From the NCBI GenBank assembly GCA_965223345.1, contig CBDCWG010000012.1, positions 32,001 through 96,000 of the forward strand: a stretch of 64,000 nt of DNA, read 5' to 3'. Each line of letters begins with the position of its first letter. Position 1 is the first letter of the stretch. Made by a program: the position numbers and the translations under genes. The notes below the pieces were generated by a model. It worked only from the letters and a program-made list of their open reading frames with translations, searched no databases and had not been told where the DNA came from. The stretch is from Nitrospinales bacterium (lineage in GTDB: Bacteria; Nitrospinota; Nitrospinia; Nitrospinales; VA-1). Positions 52,493 to 62,269 of this stretch are shown here, piece after piece.

Positions 52493-54301
52493 TCAGTTTG
52501 TCAGTGCTTCGAGTTGATCCACCAGCTCGGAAAATTTTTCCAGCGCCGTGCGCACGGGCTCAGGCGAGGTCATGTCCACCCCCGCATCCTTCAGCAGTTC
52601 GATGGGATATTTGGAACCGCCGGATTTGAGAAAGTTCAGGTAATCGGCGAGCTCGACCTCGCCGCCTTCCAGCACCCGCTGCGCCAGCGCGTAGGCGGCG
52701 GAGATCCCCGTCGCGTATTTGTAGACGTAAAAGCTGAAATAAAAATGCGGGATGCGGAAGCATTCGAGAGACAGCGCTTCGTCCAGCACGACGCCGTCGC
52801 CGAAATAACGCTTGAGAAGATCCGCATACAACTGCTTGAACGACTCCACCGTCAGCGGCTTGCCGCTTTCCGCCGCCTCGTAGATGCGGTGCTCGAATTC
52901 GGCGAACATGGTCTGCCGGTACAGGGTTCCGCGGAAGTTATCGATCTCGCGGCAGAGCAGATAGACTTTCATGTCCTTGTCGATGTCCTGCCCCAGCAGG
53001 TGCCGGGTCACCAGCGCTTCGTTGAAGGTGGACGCCACTTCCGCGACGAAGATGGTGTAATCGGCGTACAGGTAAGGCTGGTTTTTGCGCGAGTAATGCG
53101 AATGCATGGAATGGCCCGCCTCGTGGGCCAGGGTGTACAGGCTGTTGATGTTGTCTTCGGTGTAATTCATCAGGATGAAGGGATGGGAATCGTAACAGCC
53201 GGATGAATACGCGCCGCTGCGCTTGCCCTTGTTTTCGTATCGGTCAACCCAGCGGTTTTCAATCAGCCCTTTTTTCAGAATCCGCACATATTCCTCACCC
53301 AAAGGTTGCAGGGCGTCCATGATTTTGTCCACCGCCTCGTTGTAGGTCATGCGCCAGTGAAAATCCGTAACGAGCGGCACGCTGAGATCGTACACGCGCA
53401 GCTCGTCGAGCTTGAGCAGACGCTTGCGGATGGCAAAATAACGGTAAAGCGGCGTGAGGTTTTCATGCACGCTCTGGATCAGGCTGTCGTAGACGTTCTC
53501 GGGAATGTTCTCGGAAAACAGCGCCTGCCCGCGCACCGATGGGAAACGCCGGGTGCGTGCGTAGAACATATCCTTTTTGATGCTGCTCGCCAGCAGCGAA
53601 GCGTAGGTGTACTGATGCGCCTGGTAGGCGGAATAAAACGTTGCGAACGTTTCCTGGCGCACCCGCCGGTCGTAGTTCTGCATCAGGCTCTGGAAATTGC
53701 CGTGGGTGATTTCGATTTCCTCGCCCTTGTCGTCTTTCACCTTGCCGAGTTTCAGGTCGGCGTTGTCGAGCATGTCGAAGCCTTCGCGGGCGGCGCGCGC
53801 CATCTCCTGCGAAGCGGCGAGCAGCGACTCTTCCTTTTCCGAAAGCGTGTGCTCGCGAAAACGCAGGATCCGCTCGATGTGGTATTTGTAGGGCGCGAGG
53901 TCCTTGGAGTCCAGCATCGCCTGCATTTTGTCTGCGGGGATCTCCATCAATTCGGATTTGATGAAGCTGCTGTGCTGGCTCACCTGCGTGTACAGCCGCA
54001 CGATCTTTTCGAAGTTGCCCTGGTTCGCGGTGTTGGTCTTGTCCTCGTCGTTGCGCAAATGCGCGAAGGTGTAAAGCCGCTCGAGCTTGCGCGAGACGTT
54101 CATGTCCAGCTCGATGCAGGCTTTGAGCGCGTCCACGGATTTTCCCAGCTTGCCCTGGTGATTGGCGTAGGCCTGCGCTTCTTTTTCCAGGTCGGAAAAT
54201 TCGGCCTGCCACATCTGGCCGGAAGCGTACAGGCCGGAAAGGTCCCACTTCGCTTCGTCGGAGACTTCTTCTCGGGTGAGCGGTTTGACTTTGGCTTCCA
54301 T
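52493..54301 (-). CDS. pepF: Oligoendopeptidase F
   Basis: Motifs WDLS, GKRSGAYS, HEAGHSMH, IFVAEVAS and IPHFY..FYVYKYATG. Confidence 0.95.
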   Translation of the reverse strand: MEAKVKPLTREEVSDEAKWDLSGLYASGQMWQAEFSDLEKEAQAYANHQGKLGKSVDALKACIELDMNVSRKLERLYTFAHLRNDEDKTNTANQGNFEKIVRLYTQVSQHSSFIKSELMEIPADKMQAMLDSKDLAPYKYHIERILRFREHTLSEKEESLLAASQEMARAAREGFDMLDNADLKLGKVKDDKGEEIEITHGNFQSLMQNYDRRVRQETFATFYSAYQAHQYTYASLLASSIKKDMFYARTRRFPSVRGQALFSENIPENVYDSLIQSVHENLTPLYRYFAIRKRLLKLDELRVYDLSVPLVTDFHWRMTYNEAVDKIMDALQPLGEEYVRILKKGLIENRWVDRYENKGKRSGAYSSGCYDSHPFILMNYTEDNINSLYTLAHEAGHSMHSHYSRKNQPYLYADYTIFVAEVASTFNEALVTRHLLGQDIDKDMKVYLLCREIDNFRGTLYRQTMFAEFEHRIYEAAESGKPLTVESFKQLYADLLKRYFGDGVVLDEALSLECFRIPHFYFSFYVYKYATGISAAYALAQRVLEGGEVELADYLNFLKSGGSKYPIELLKDAGVDMTSPEPVRTALEKFSELVDQLEALTN

Positions 54302-54333
54302 AGGGTCCGGGCGGTTTCCCGACGTTGACGCGA

Positions 54334-56985
54334 TCAGGAAATGGCCTGCTGAATCGTTTGCAAATGAACCTTGAGTTTGGCTTGCTTTTCAGAAAGGGTC
54401 TGCTTTCTCTGCCGGTCCTTCTCGATGACTTCGGCGGGCGCCTTCTCGACAAAATTCGGATTGGAAAGCTTCTTATCTAAAACTATGATGTCTTTTTCTA
54501 TTTTTTTCAACTCTTTTTCGACGCGGCTTTTTTCCTCATCGAAATTCATCAAACCTTCCAATGGAACAATGAGATCCATGCCGTCCAGGATCGACGACGC
54601 CGCCACTTTCGGCTTGACGATAGACTCCCCGGCGGTGAACTGATCGACCCGGGCCAGCTCGCGGATGTATTTCACGTGGGTTGAAACGGTGGCTTCCTGC
54701 TTGGGATCACCGGTCTTGATCAGCAGGTTCAAGGTGAGCCCCGGATTGAGATTCATCTCGCCGCGGATGTTGCGCACGCCGGTGATCACGTCCATCACCA
54801 GTCCCAGCTCTTCTTCCATTTCCGCATCCCGGCGCGACGGATCGAATTCCGGGAAGGGCGCGGTCATGATGGTCTCGCCTTCCTTCGGCAGCTTCTGCCA
54901 GATCTCTTCGGTGATGAACGGCATGAACGGATGCAAGAGCCGCAGGCTGGTTTCCAGAACGTGCACGAGCACGTTCTGCGCCGTCTTTTTCTGCGGCCCT
55001 TCTTTGTACAGCGAGGATTTCGACAACTCGATGAACCAGTCACAGTACTCGTTCCAGATGAATTTGTAAACGGCGGACGCGGCGTCGTTGAATTTGAACT
55101 GCTCCAGCGCGGCGTTGACATCGCGGCAGGCGGCGTTGAGGCGGCTGAGAATCCAGCGTTCCGCCGGGCTGAGCGGCACGTCCTCGTTGAGCTTGCAGGT
55201 GCCTGTGTAATCGCCGAGGTTCATCAGCACGAAGCGGGAGGCGTTCCACAGCTTGTTGCAGAAATTGCGGTAGCCTTCGATGCGGTCTTCGGCGAGCTTG
55301 ATGTCGCGGCCCTGCGCGGCGAACGCGGCCAGCGTGAAACGCAGCGCGTCGGTGCCGTAGGCGTCCATCATGCTCAACGGATCGATGACGTTGCCCTTGG
55401 TCTTGCTCATCTTCTGGCCTTCCGCATCGCGGATCAGGGCGTGGATGTAGACGTGGCGAAACGGCACGTCGTTGCGCATCTTGAGCCCCAGCATGATCAT
55501 GCGCGCCACCCAGAAAAACAGGATGTCGAACCCGGTGCACAGCACCGACGTCGGATAAAAGCGCTTGAGCGATTCCGTCTCCTCGGGCCAGCCAAGTGTG
55601 GAAAAGGGCCAGAGGCCGGAGCTGAACCAGGTGTCGAGCACGTCGGTTTCCGGCACGAGATCCTTGCCACCACACTTGGTGCAGGCTGACGGGGTCTCGC
55701 GCGCCACGATGAGTTCGTTGCAGGCGGAGCAGGTCCACGCGGGAATCGGATGCCCCCACCAGATCTGGCGCGAAACGCACCAGTCGCGGATGTTTTCCAT
55801 CCACTCGAAATAGGTTTTTTCCCAGAACTTGGGCACGATCTCAATGGTGCCGTCTCTCACCGCCTGCATCGCCGGTTCGGCCAGCGGTTTGGTTTTCACG
55901 AACCACTGCCTGGAAAGATATGGCTCGACGACGGTGTGGCAGCGGTAGCAATGCCCCACGGAGTGCATGTGCTCTTCCACTTTTTCGAGCTGGTCGCGGG
56001 ATTTGAGATCCTCGACCACGCGCTTGCGGCATTCGAAGCGGTCGAGCCCCTTGTAGGCCTCGCCGGCCGCCTCGCTCATGGTGCCGTCGGGATTCATCAC
56101 GTTGACGGCGGGCAGGTCGTGCCGCTGGCCGATCTCAAAGTCGTTGGGATCGTGCGCGGGTGTGACCTTGAGCGCGCCGGAACCGAATTCCCTGTCCACG
56201 TAGTCGTCTTCGATGAGCGGGATCTCGCGGCCCGCCAGCGGCACGATCAGCGTTTTGCCTTTGTGCGCGGCGTGGCGCTCATCGCCGGTGCAGACGGCGA
56301 CGGCGGTGTCGCCCAGCAGCGTCTCGGGCCGGGTGGTGGCGACGACGAGGAAGAGGTCTTCGTCCTTGAACGGGTAGCGCACGTGATACAGATGGCCGCT
56401 CACATCCTTGTACTCCACTTCCAAATCGGAGAGGGCGGTCTGGCAGCGCGGGCACCAGTTGATGATGTAGTTGCCCTGATAGATCAATCCCTCTTCGTAC
56501 AATGTGACGAACACTTCGCGCACCGCTTTGGAAAGCCCGTCGTCCATCGTGAACCGTTCGCGCTCCCAGTCGAGCGAGCAGCCGAGTTTCTTGAGCTGGT
56601 TGACGATGGTGCCGCCGGATTCCTCGCGCCATTTCCACACGCGCTTGACGAATTCCTCGCGGCCGATGGCCTCGCGGTCGGTGCCCTCGGCGTGCAGCTG
56701 CCGCTCCACGACGTTCTGGGTGGCAATGCCCGCATGGTCGGTGCCCGGCTGCCACAGCGTGTTGTAGCCCTGCATGCGCCGCCAGCGGATGAGGATGTCC
56801 TGCAGCGTGTTGTTGAAGGCATGCCCCATGTGCAGGGACCCCGTGATGTTGGGCGGGGGAATGACGATGGTGTAGGGCTCGCCGTCGCGGTTTTCGTCGG
56901 CGTGCGCGAACTTGTTTTTCAGCCAGAAGGCGTTCCAGTGCTCTTCGACTTGTTTGGGATCGTATTTTTTATCCAGTTGCACCAT
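54334..56985 (-). CDS. valS: Valyl-tRNA synthetase
   Basis: PPPNITGSLHMGH (HIGH), DWCVSRQIWWGH, KMSKTKGN and a C-terminal coiled coil. Confidence 0.98.
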   Translation of the reverse strand: MVQLDKKYDPKQVEEHWNAFWLKNKFAHADENRDGEPYTIVIPPPNITGSLHMGHAFNNTLQDILIRWRRMQGYNTLWQPGTDHAGIATQNVVERQLHAEGTDREAIGREEFVKRVWKWREESGGTIVNQLKKLGCSLDWERERFTMDDGLSKAVREVFVTLYEEGLIYQGNYIINWCPRCQTALSDLEVEYKDVSGHLYHVRYPFKDEDLFLVVATTRPETLLGDTAVAVCTGDERHAAHKGKTLIVPLAGREIPLIEDDYVDREFGSGALKVTPAHDPNDFEIGQRHDLPAVNVMNPDGTMSEAAGEAYKGLDRFECRKRVVEDLKSRDQLEKVEEHMHSVGHCYRCHTVVEPYLSRQWFVKTKPLAEPAMQAVRDGTIEIVPKFWEKTYFEWMENIRDWCVSRQIWWGHPIPAWTCSACNELIVARETPSACTKCGGKDLVPETDVLDTWFSSGLWPFSTLGWPEETESLKRFYPTSVLCTGFDILFFWVARMIMLGLKMRNDVPFRHVYIHALIRDAEGQKMSKTKGNVIDPLSMMDAYGTDALRFTLAAFAAQGRDIKLAEDRIEGYRNFCNKLWNASRFVLMNLGDYTGTCKLNEDVPLSPAERWILSRLNAACRDVNAALEQFKFNDAASAVYKFIWNEYCDWFIELSKSSLYKEGPQKKTAQNVLVHVLETSLRLLHPFMPFITEEIWQKLPKEGETIMTAPFPEFDPSRRDAEMEEELGLVMDVITGVRNIRGEMNLNPGLTLNLLIKTGDPKQEATVSTHVKYIRELARVDQFTAGESIVKPKVAASSILDGMDLIVPLEGLMNFDEEKSRVEKELKKIEKDIIVLDKKLSNPNFVEKAPAEVIEKDRQRKQTLSEKQAKLKVHLQTIQQAIS

Positions 56986-57205
56986 GGTCGTTATCACACA
57001 ATCAAGGAGAGGGTCTTCCTTGCTTCCAGGTTGGTAGCATCGCTACGGGGTGTTGTTGCAAGAAACAGCGGCCGCGTCGCGGCGGCGCGTTGATCCGTTC
57101 ATCCTGCGACGCCCGGTTTCATTCCGGCGTCTGCAGCATGATTTTTTTATCGGTCTTGAATCGGAGAGGGTTTCCGTTTCTTCCCCGCGATGGGGGACAG
57201 GCGTA

Positions 57206-59209
57206 TCATGCGTCTTCCATTTTCTTGATCTTTTCGATCTCTGCCTTGATGACCGCTTCGGCGATCCCGGGGGTGATTTCTCGGACAATCTCACGCACGG
57301 AACGAACGATGGTTGCGGACAACCCAGAAATTTCCTTCTGCACGGTGGCGCCGATGGTTTGTTCCAGAACCCTGCGGACCTCCGCGTTCACCGCCTCCTT
57401 GATGCGTTCGTCTTCCATTGCGTGCGCTTCCTCCCCTTGTTGCGTGGTTGCTTCGGCCGGTTCCGGAGCCGCCGCCTCCACCGGTTCCGCGATCGGTATT
57501 TCCGTGCGAGGCGTTTCCACCGCTTGCGGACGCGGCTCTTCGGTGATCCGGGAATCTTCCTGCACGGCCGGGCGCGAAAATGCCCGCGGGCTCTCGGCGA
57601 TCGAATCGGCCTTTTTGTTTTCCGCAAGCGACGGCAGAGGATGGATCACCAGATTGCTCAGCAGATCCTCGGGCTCCGGGGCGATCGCTTCATCGAAATC
57701 CCAATCCGCGCCCTTGGATTCGTTCTCATCGTTTCCCGACAACCACGAATGCGGTCTGCGGAATGCCTCGGGGGCGGGATGAAAGACCACGTCCAGTTCA
57801 CCGGAACCTGTCTCTTCGGATTCGCCGATGCCGGACAGCATGTCCTCTTCGTCCCAGACTTTCTGCAGGGACCCGTTCTGCTCGGAAGGCAGGCCGAGAC
57901 CGATGCCGAAATCGGAATCGTTCAATTGCGGCGATTCTTCCGAACTTTCCTCAGAGGGCAACTCCAGATCCAGTGTGGGGTCGAAGTCCTCATCCTCGTA
58001 GGTTTCGGGTTCGCCCTTGATCTCCACCGATTGAAATCCGATTCCCAGCCCGGTATCCGGCTCATCCAGCATGGAGGCGGAGTATTCCTTCAGCGCGTTC
58101 ACCGCATCGATGGCTTCGTCGATGGCCTGGGACTCTGCGGAAACCGGACGCGCCGGTGCCTCGGGCTCTTCGGTTTCGCCGGCGCTTTCTTCCAGGGATT
58201 CCTCGGCCGCGTCTTCCCGCTCGTCGAAGGAAGCGGCAGGTTCCTTGTATTCTTCACGGGCGTCCTCGCGCGCGGCATTGTTTTCTCCCATTGGGACCGG
58301 AAGATCGAACTCCATGTCGTCGTCCGTGGACAACGCCACCAGCGGGTCTCCCGAACCCGCGTCGTCGTACGACAGATCCTGATAGGAAGGAGCGCTTTGC
58401 GACGGTTCGCCCCAGGGGGCCGCGTCCTGCTTTTTTTCGGATGCGAACGCGTCGCGGGAATCCTCCGGCTTTTCCTCCACCGGCTCTTCTGCAGCCGGCG
58501 TTTGCTCAGCAAGCGGGTCCGTGTCTTCGTTCAGCGCGTCGGCGGTTTCCCAGGGCGGCGGAGCGTCATCGCTTTCCATGCCCTGCCACGGCGTTGCCTC
58601 TTCGGATTCCCAGGGCTGCGCGGGTTCGGCTTTGGGCGCGTCGTCCCAGCCGGGTTCCGCAAAGGCTTTTTCGATGTCCGCCTGGATTTTAGACGTCGCG
58701 TCGCTTTCCGGTACGGCGGGCGCGGACGGTTCTTCGATCACATCGTCTGCGGAGAGCGCGAGGATCTCTTCTTCCTCATCGTCGTCGTCCCACGGTGCGT
58801 CCATCTCGCTCTGCCATTCGCCGTCGCGCAGGGTTGCAGGCGGATGCTGCAACAGCTCTTTGACCTTTTGCACGATGTCGTCGGACTTGAAGGGTTTGGA
58901 GATGTGATCGTCGGCGCGGGATTCGAGAAACAGGCCTTCGTTGAAATCTTCGAAGTCGCTGGCCAGCAACAGCACAGATACGGATTTGAACTCGTCCGAT
59001 TCCTTGATCCGGCGGCTCAACTCGAAGCCGTTGTAGCCGGGCATGTCCACATCGGCGAGCACCACATCGGGAGTGAAATTTCGCAGCTTCTCAAACGCGG
59101 CTTTTCCGTTGCCGATTCCCTCCACCACCACATCTTCGTTTTCGAAGGCCATGGCCACGATCTTTTGAATCGTGACGGAATCATCCGCAACCAGAATTTT
59201 CGATGTCAT
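57206..59209 (-). CDS. RomR-like protein: receiver domain, long acidic disordered linker, C-terminal helical domain
   Basis: N-terminal REC domain (ADDS, LADVDMP, KPF), about 480 aa of E/D/P-rich linker, and the C-terminus VREIVREITPGIAEAVIKAEIEKIK. No DNA-binding output domain. Confidence 0.8.
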   Translation of the reverse strand: MTSKILVADDSVTIQKIVAMAFENEDVVVEGIGNGKAAFEKLRNFTPDVVLADVDMPGYNGFELSRRIKESDEFKSVSVLLLASDFEDFNEGLFLESRADDHISKPFKSDDIVQKVKELLQHPPATLRDGEWQSEMDAPWDDDDEEEEILALSADDVIEEPSAPAVPESDATSKIQADIEKAFAEPGWDDAPKAEPAQPWESEEATPWQGMESDDAPPPWETADALNEDTDPLAEQTPAAEEPVEEKPEDSRDAFASEKKQDAAPWGEPSQSAPSYQDLSYDDAGSGDPLVALSTDDDMEFDLPVPMGENNAAREDAREEYKEPAASFDEREDAAEESLEESAGETEEPEAPARPVSAESQAIDEAIDAVNALKEYSASMLDEPDTGLGIGFQSVEIKGEPETYEDEDFDPTLDLELPSEESSEESPQLNDSDFGIGLGLPSEQNGSLQKVWDEEDMLSGIGESEETGSGELDVVFHPAPEAFRRPHSWLSGNDENESKGADWDFDEAIAPEPEDLLSNLVIHPLPSLAENKKADSIAESPRAFSRPAVQEDSRITEEPRPQAVETPRTEIPIAEPVEAAAPEPAEATTQQGEEAHAMEDERIKEAVNAEVRRVLEQTIGATVQKEISGLSATIVRSVREIVREITPGIAEAVIKAEIEKIKKMEDA

Positions 59210-59640
59210 GAAACTTTATCCTTTTGGCTAACAGACCGTGCCAATGAAGAATCTCTTGAATTCAGTTCCGGCGCTGAATCTGACTTCACGTGTTGGGAGG
59301 GTAACGTGTGTAATTTCAATTTTTTATTGTAGCGTTTTTTAAATGTATCGCATATTCAGGCCGGCCACAATCAAAAAATCTCGCTGAAAACATTCCCCAT
59401 AACCGAATTTTTTGCAAAAAAAAGCAAAATTATCCGCAGTTCCATATTTGTGCGCGCCAACGGCATCTTTGTCTTTGTTTTATTTAGTGATACTATAGGT
59501 TGGCCTTATCCTTGACCTGAAACTGCGGGAGGCATGCGAAAATCATTTCCCAAGCAGGCGTTCAAACCCGGCGACCGGCCACTACCGCTTTGATCCGGCG
59601 TCGCTTAATCAATTTCCAGGCGGTCAGCGAAGCACCGTGG

Positions 59641-61566
59641 ATGCGGCGCGCAGCCTGGATACTTCTATTGCTCGCGGTTTGCATCGCGGGACGCCCGGCT
59701 GCGGCGTCCGCCGGCTACATTCAGCTGGACGGCGTCGCGGATGTCAAATCCCGCTACAGCAACGGCTGCTCCTCGATCCAGGAATCCGCCGAAATCGCCG
59801 AAAGCGCCGGCGTCGATGTGGTGATCTACAACGATCGCGCCCGCGATTCCCTGCAATATGGAATTTTTCCGCTGCACCGCATCCTGAAAAAAACCGACGT
59901 CCGCCAATCGGTGCTCAACACCAACGCCACGTTCTACCTGGCGGACATCAAGAACAAAGACGAGCAGTTTCCGAAAACCCTGTTGATCCCCGGGGTGGAC
60001 GTTTCCCCGTTTTACTACTGGTCCGGCAGCGCGATCAAAAAAACGCTCGTCGCGCACAACTGGGACAAGCGCCTTTCGGTCATCGGCCTGGAAACCGGCG
60101 AAAGCCTGGAACAGCTGCCGATCCTCAACAGCAACTTCTCCAAAAACTACACGTCGCAGTTTCAAAATGCCACCATCGGCTTCGGGTTTCTCCTGCTCGT
60201 CGCCGTGGCGCTGGTGGTCAAAGGCTACTACCGGAAATACGTTTACCCGGTGATCGCCCTGCTGGTTCTGCTCATGATCAACTACCACCCGTTCCGCAGC
60301 TCGCCCTACGATCAATACAGCGGCGATCAGGGGATCGGCCCCTATCAGGAACTGATCGATTACGTCACATCGAAAGGCGGAATGGTGTTCTGGAACGACC
60401 TGGAAGCGACCGAGGGAAACCGCGAGCTGGGCGGCGTGAAACTGGAAACGCGCGCGCATCCGGAAGACCTGGTGATGGCGCGCAATTACACGGGCTTCCA
60501 GGCGGTGGGCGAAGAACCCGTCGCCGTCACCGACCCGGGAAACATCTGGGATCACGTGCTCATGCAGTACCTGCGCGGCGAACGCGCGCATGCGGTGTGG
60601 GGCTACGGCGCGAGCAACTATCAATGCAACGGGGAAAGCGGCCCGGCGCTCGGCGCCATCCGCACCGTCTTTCTGGTGCGGGAAAACAAAAAGGAAGCGG
60701 TGATGCAGGCGATGAAAACGGGGAGGATGTATGCGGTGCGGCAGCCCGGCAAGCACCGCCTTTCACTGGATCAGTTCGTGGTGCGGGACAAGGCGTCCGG
60801 ACGCGAAGCCACGATGGGGGAAGAACTCACCTCCATCGACAGCCCAGAGATCGCGATGAAGATCCGGTCCACCGGGGAACCGGGGCAGCGGGCGAAGATC
60901 TTTCTCATCCGCAACGGCAAGCTCATCAAACGCGAATCGGTGACGCTGCCTTACGAACTCACCTGGACCGACAACAAGGTCGATATGAGTGAGCCGGTTT
61001 ATTACCGGGTCAACGCCAAAGTCAGTTCGGTGGATCATCTGGTTTCCAATCCGGTTTTCGTGCGCTTCGGCAAAATCCCGCCGGATATCGCATCGCTTCC
61101 CACCTCAGAGAATCCCGGTACGGGCGTGCAGCCGCCGGTGCGTCCGGTCCTCGCCACTCCGGAGTCGCCCGCGCCCCCGGCTGCTAAACCCCCGCCGGCG
61201 CCGGAAAACGCGCCGCCCGCAACACCGCCGCAAGTCGAGGTGGCGGCGGTTCCCAAGGCAAAGAAACCCGCCCCCACACCCGCCCCCGCAGCGCCTGCGG
61301 TGGAGACGGCCAAAGCGCCCGCCGGTCCCGCAGAGCCGGTGGTCACCGCGGCAACGGGACAAACGCTGCGCGTGCGGATCGACGGCGTGCCCCTGAAAAA
61401 AGGGCCCGGCGCGGTGTTTCCGGTATGGAAAAAGGTGAACAAGGGCGACCGGCTGAACCTGGTGCGGCGCACTTCGGTGGTGTTTCACGACAAGGTGTGG
61501 CTGGTCGTCGAATGGGAAGGGGAAAAAGCCTACGTGTGGGAAGGTCTGGTGGAGCTGGAACCCTGA
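59641..61566 (+). CDS. Exported/membrane protein with a degenerate PHP-like domain, Pro-rich linker and C-terminal SH3-like domain
   Basis: Signal peptide, two internal TM helices, a P/A-rich linker, and the C-terminus VPLKKGPGAVF...KGDRL...WLVV...AYVW. Confidence 0.65.
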   Translation: MRRAAWILLLLAVCIAGRPAAASAGYIQLDGVADVKSRYSNGCSSIQESAEIAESAGVDVVIYNDRARDSLQYGIFPLHRILKKTDVRQSVLNTNATFYLADIKNKDEQFPKTLLIPGVDVSPFYYWSGSAIKKTLVAHNWDKRLSVIGLETGESLEQLPILNSNFSKNYTSQFQNATIGFGFLLLVAVALVVKGYYRKYVYPVIALLVLLMINYHPFRSSPYDQYSGDQGIGPYQELIDYVTSKGGMVFWNDLEATEGNRELGGVKLETRAHPEDLVMARNYTGFQAVGEEPVAVTDPGNIWDHVLMQYLRGERAHAVWGYGASNYQCNGESGPALGAIRTVFLVRENKKEAVMQAMKTGRMYAVRQPGKHRLSLDQFVVRDKASGREATMGEELTSIDSPEIAMKIRSTGEPGQRAKIFLIRNGKLIKRESVTLPYELTWTDNKVDMSEPVYYRVNAKVSSVDHLVSNPVFVRFGKIPPDIASLPTSENPGTGVQPPVRPVLATPESPAPPAAKPPPAPENAPPATPPQVEVAAVPKAKKPAPTPAPAAPAVETAKAPAGPAEPVVTAATGQTLRVRIDGVPLKKGPGAVFPVWKKVNKGDRLNLVRRTSVVFHDKVWLVVEWEGEKAYVWEGLVELEP

Positions 61567-61641
61567 GCCTCTCTATAAAGCAACACTCCGAGCTTCAAGC
61601 CCCTCTATAAATCCTCAAGTCAACCCGAGAAGATTGCGGTC

Positions 61642-62196
61642 TCAGCGGTAGGCGTTGACGTTATTGCCTTTGTCCATGCGGTACAGGTACATGTTTTTGC
61701 CGGAGTCGATCTTATCCGGCGTCATGTGCCGCAGGCAGAAGCGGTAGGAGACCACGCGCGCGCCGGGTTTCAGTTTCGATGTGAACGCCGGCAACAGCTT
61801 GTCCATCGCCTGATGGGTGAGGTACACGTACACCACGTCCGCTTCCTTGAGATCGACCTTGAAAAAGTTCTTCCGCAAAAAGCGCACCTGCTCAGAGACG
61901 CCCGCCCGTTTCGCCAACCAGCGCGCGATCCACACCTTCAACGGATCGATGTCGATGCCCACACCCAGGGCTCCGTGGTTGCGCGCCGCGGCGATCAACA
62001 CCCGTCCGTCGCCGGATCCCAGATCGTAGAGGGTCTCGCCCGCCTGGATTTCAGCGAAATTCAGGATATGGTTGATCCGCCGCGATGCGAGGGGGGCCCA
62101 GGGCGATCCCCAGATCGCGGGGAGCAGCACGGTGCCCGCAATGAGCAGAACGACAGCGAGAAAGAGGGTGGAGGCGAAGGTCGGAATCATCGGCAT
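61642..62196 (-). CDS. Membrane-anchored class I SAM-dependent methyltransferase
   Basis: N-terminal TM helix; motifs GSPWAP, YDLGSGDGR, GIDID, ADVVYVYL and LKPGARVVS. Confidence 0.88.
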   Translation of the reverse strand: MPMIPTFASTLFLAVVLLIAGTVLLPAIWGSPWAPLASRRINHILNFAEIQAGETLYDLGSGDGRVLIAAARNHGALGVGIDIDPLKVWIARWLAKRAGVSEQVRFLRKNFFKVDLKEADVVYVYLTHQAMDKLLPAFTSKLKPGARVVSYRFCLRHMTPDKIDSGKNMYLYRMDKGNNVNAYR

Positions 62197-62269
62197 GAAC
62201 TCTCAGTGGTCTTGCACGGGTACGGTTGATGTTTGAACGCAGATCACCGGCCTGTCCCACGGGCGCCGG

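Noticed and set aside
56986..57205. T-box leader upstream of valS
   Set aside because: No AAGGTGGTACC-like T-box motif or terminator/antiterminator pair was seen.
59210..59590. AT-rich stretch as a horizontally acquired island or replication origin
   Set aside because: It fits an ordinary divergent promoter region; no DnaA-box cluster or mobility genes were seen.
61570..61612. Short direct repeat ctctataaa occurring twice between convergent genes
   Set aside because: It is too short, and there is no other sign of an insertion or target-site duplication.
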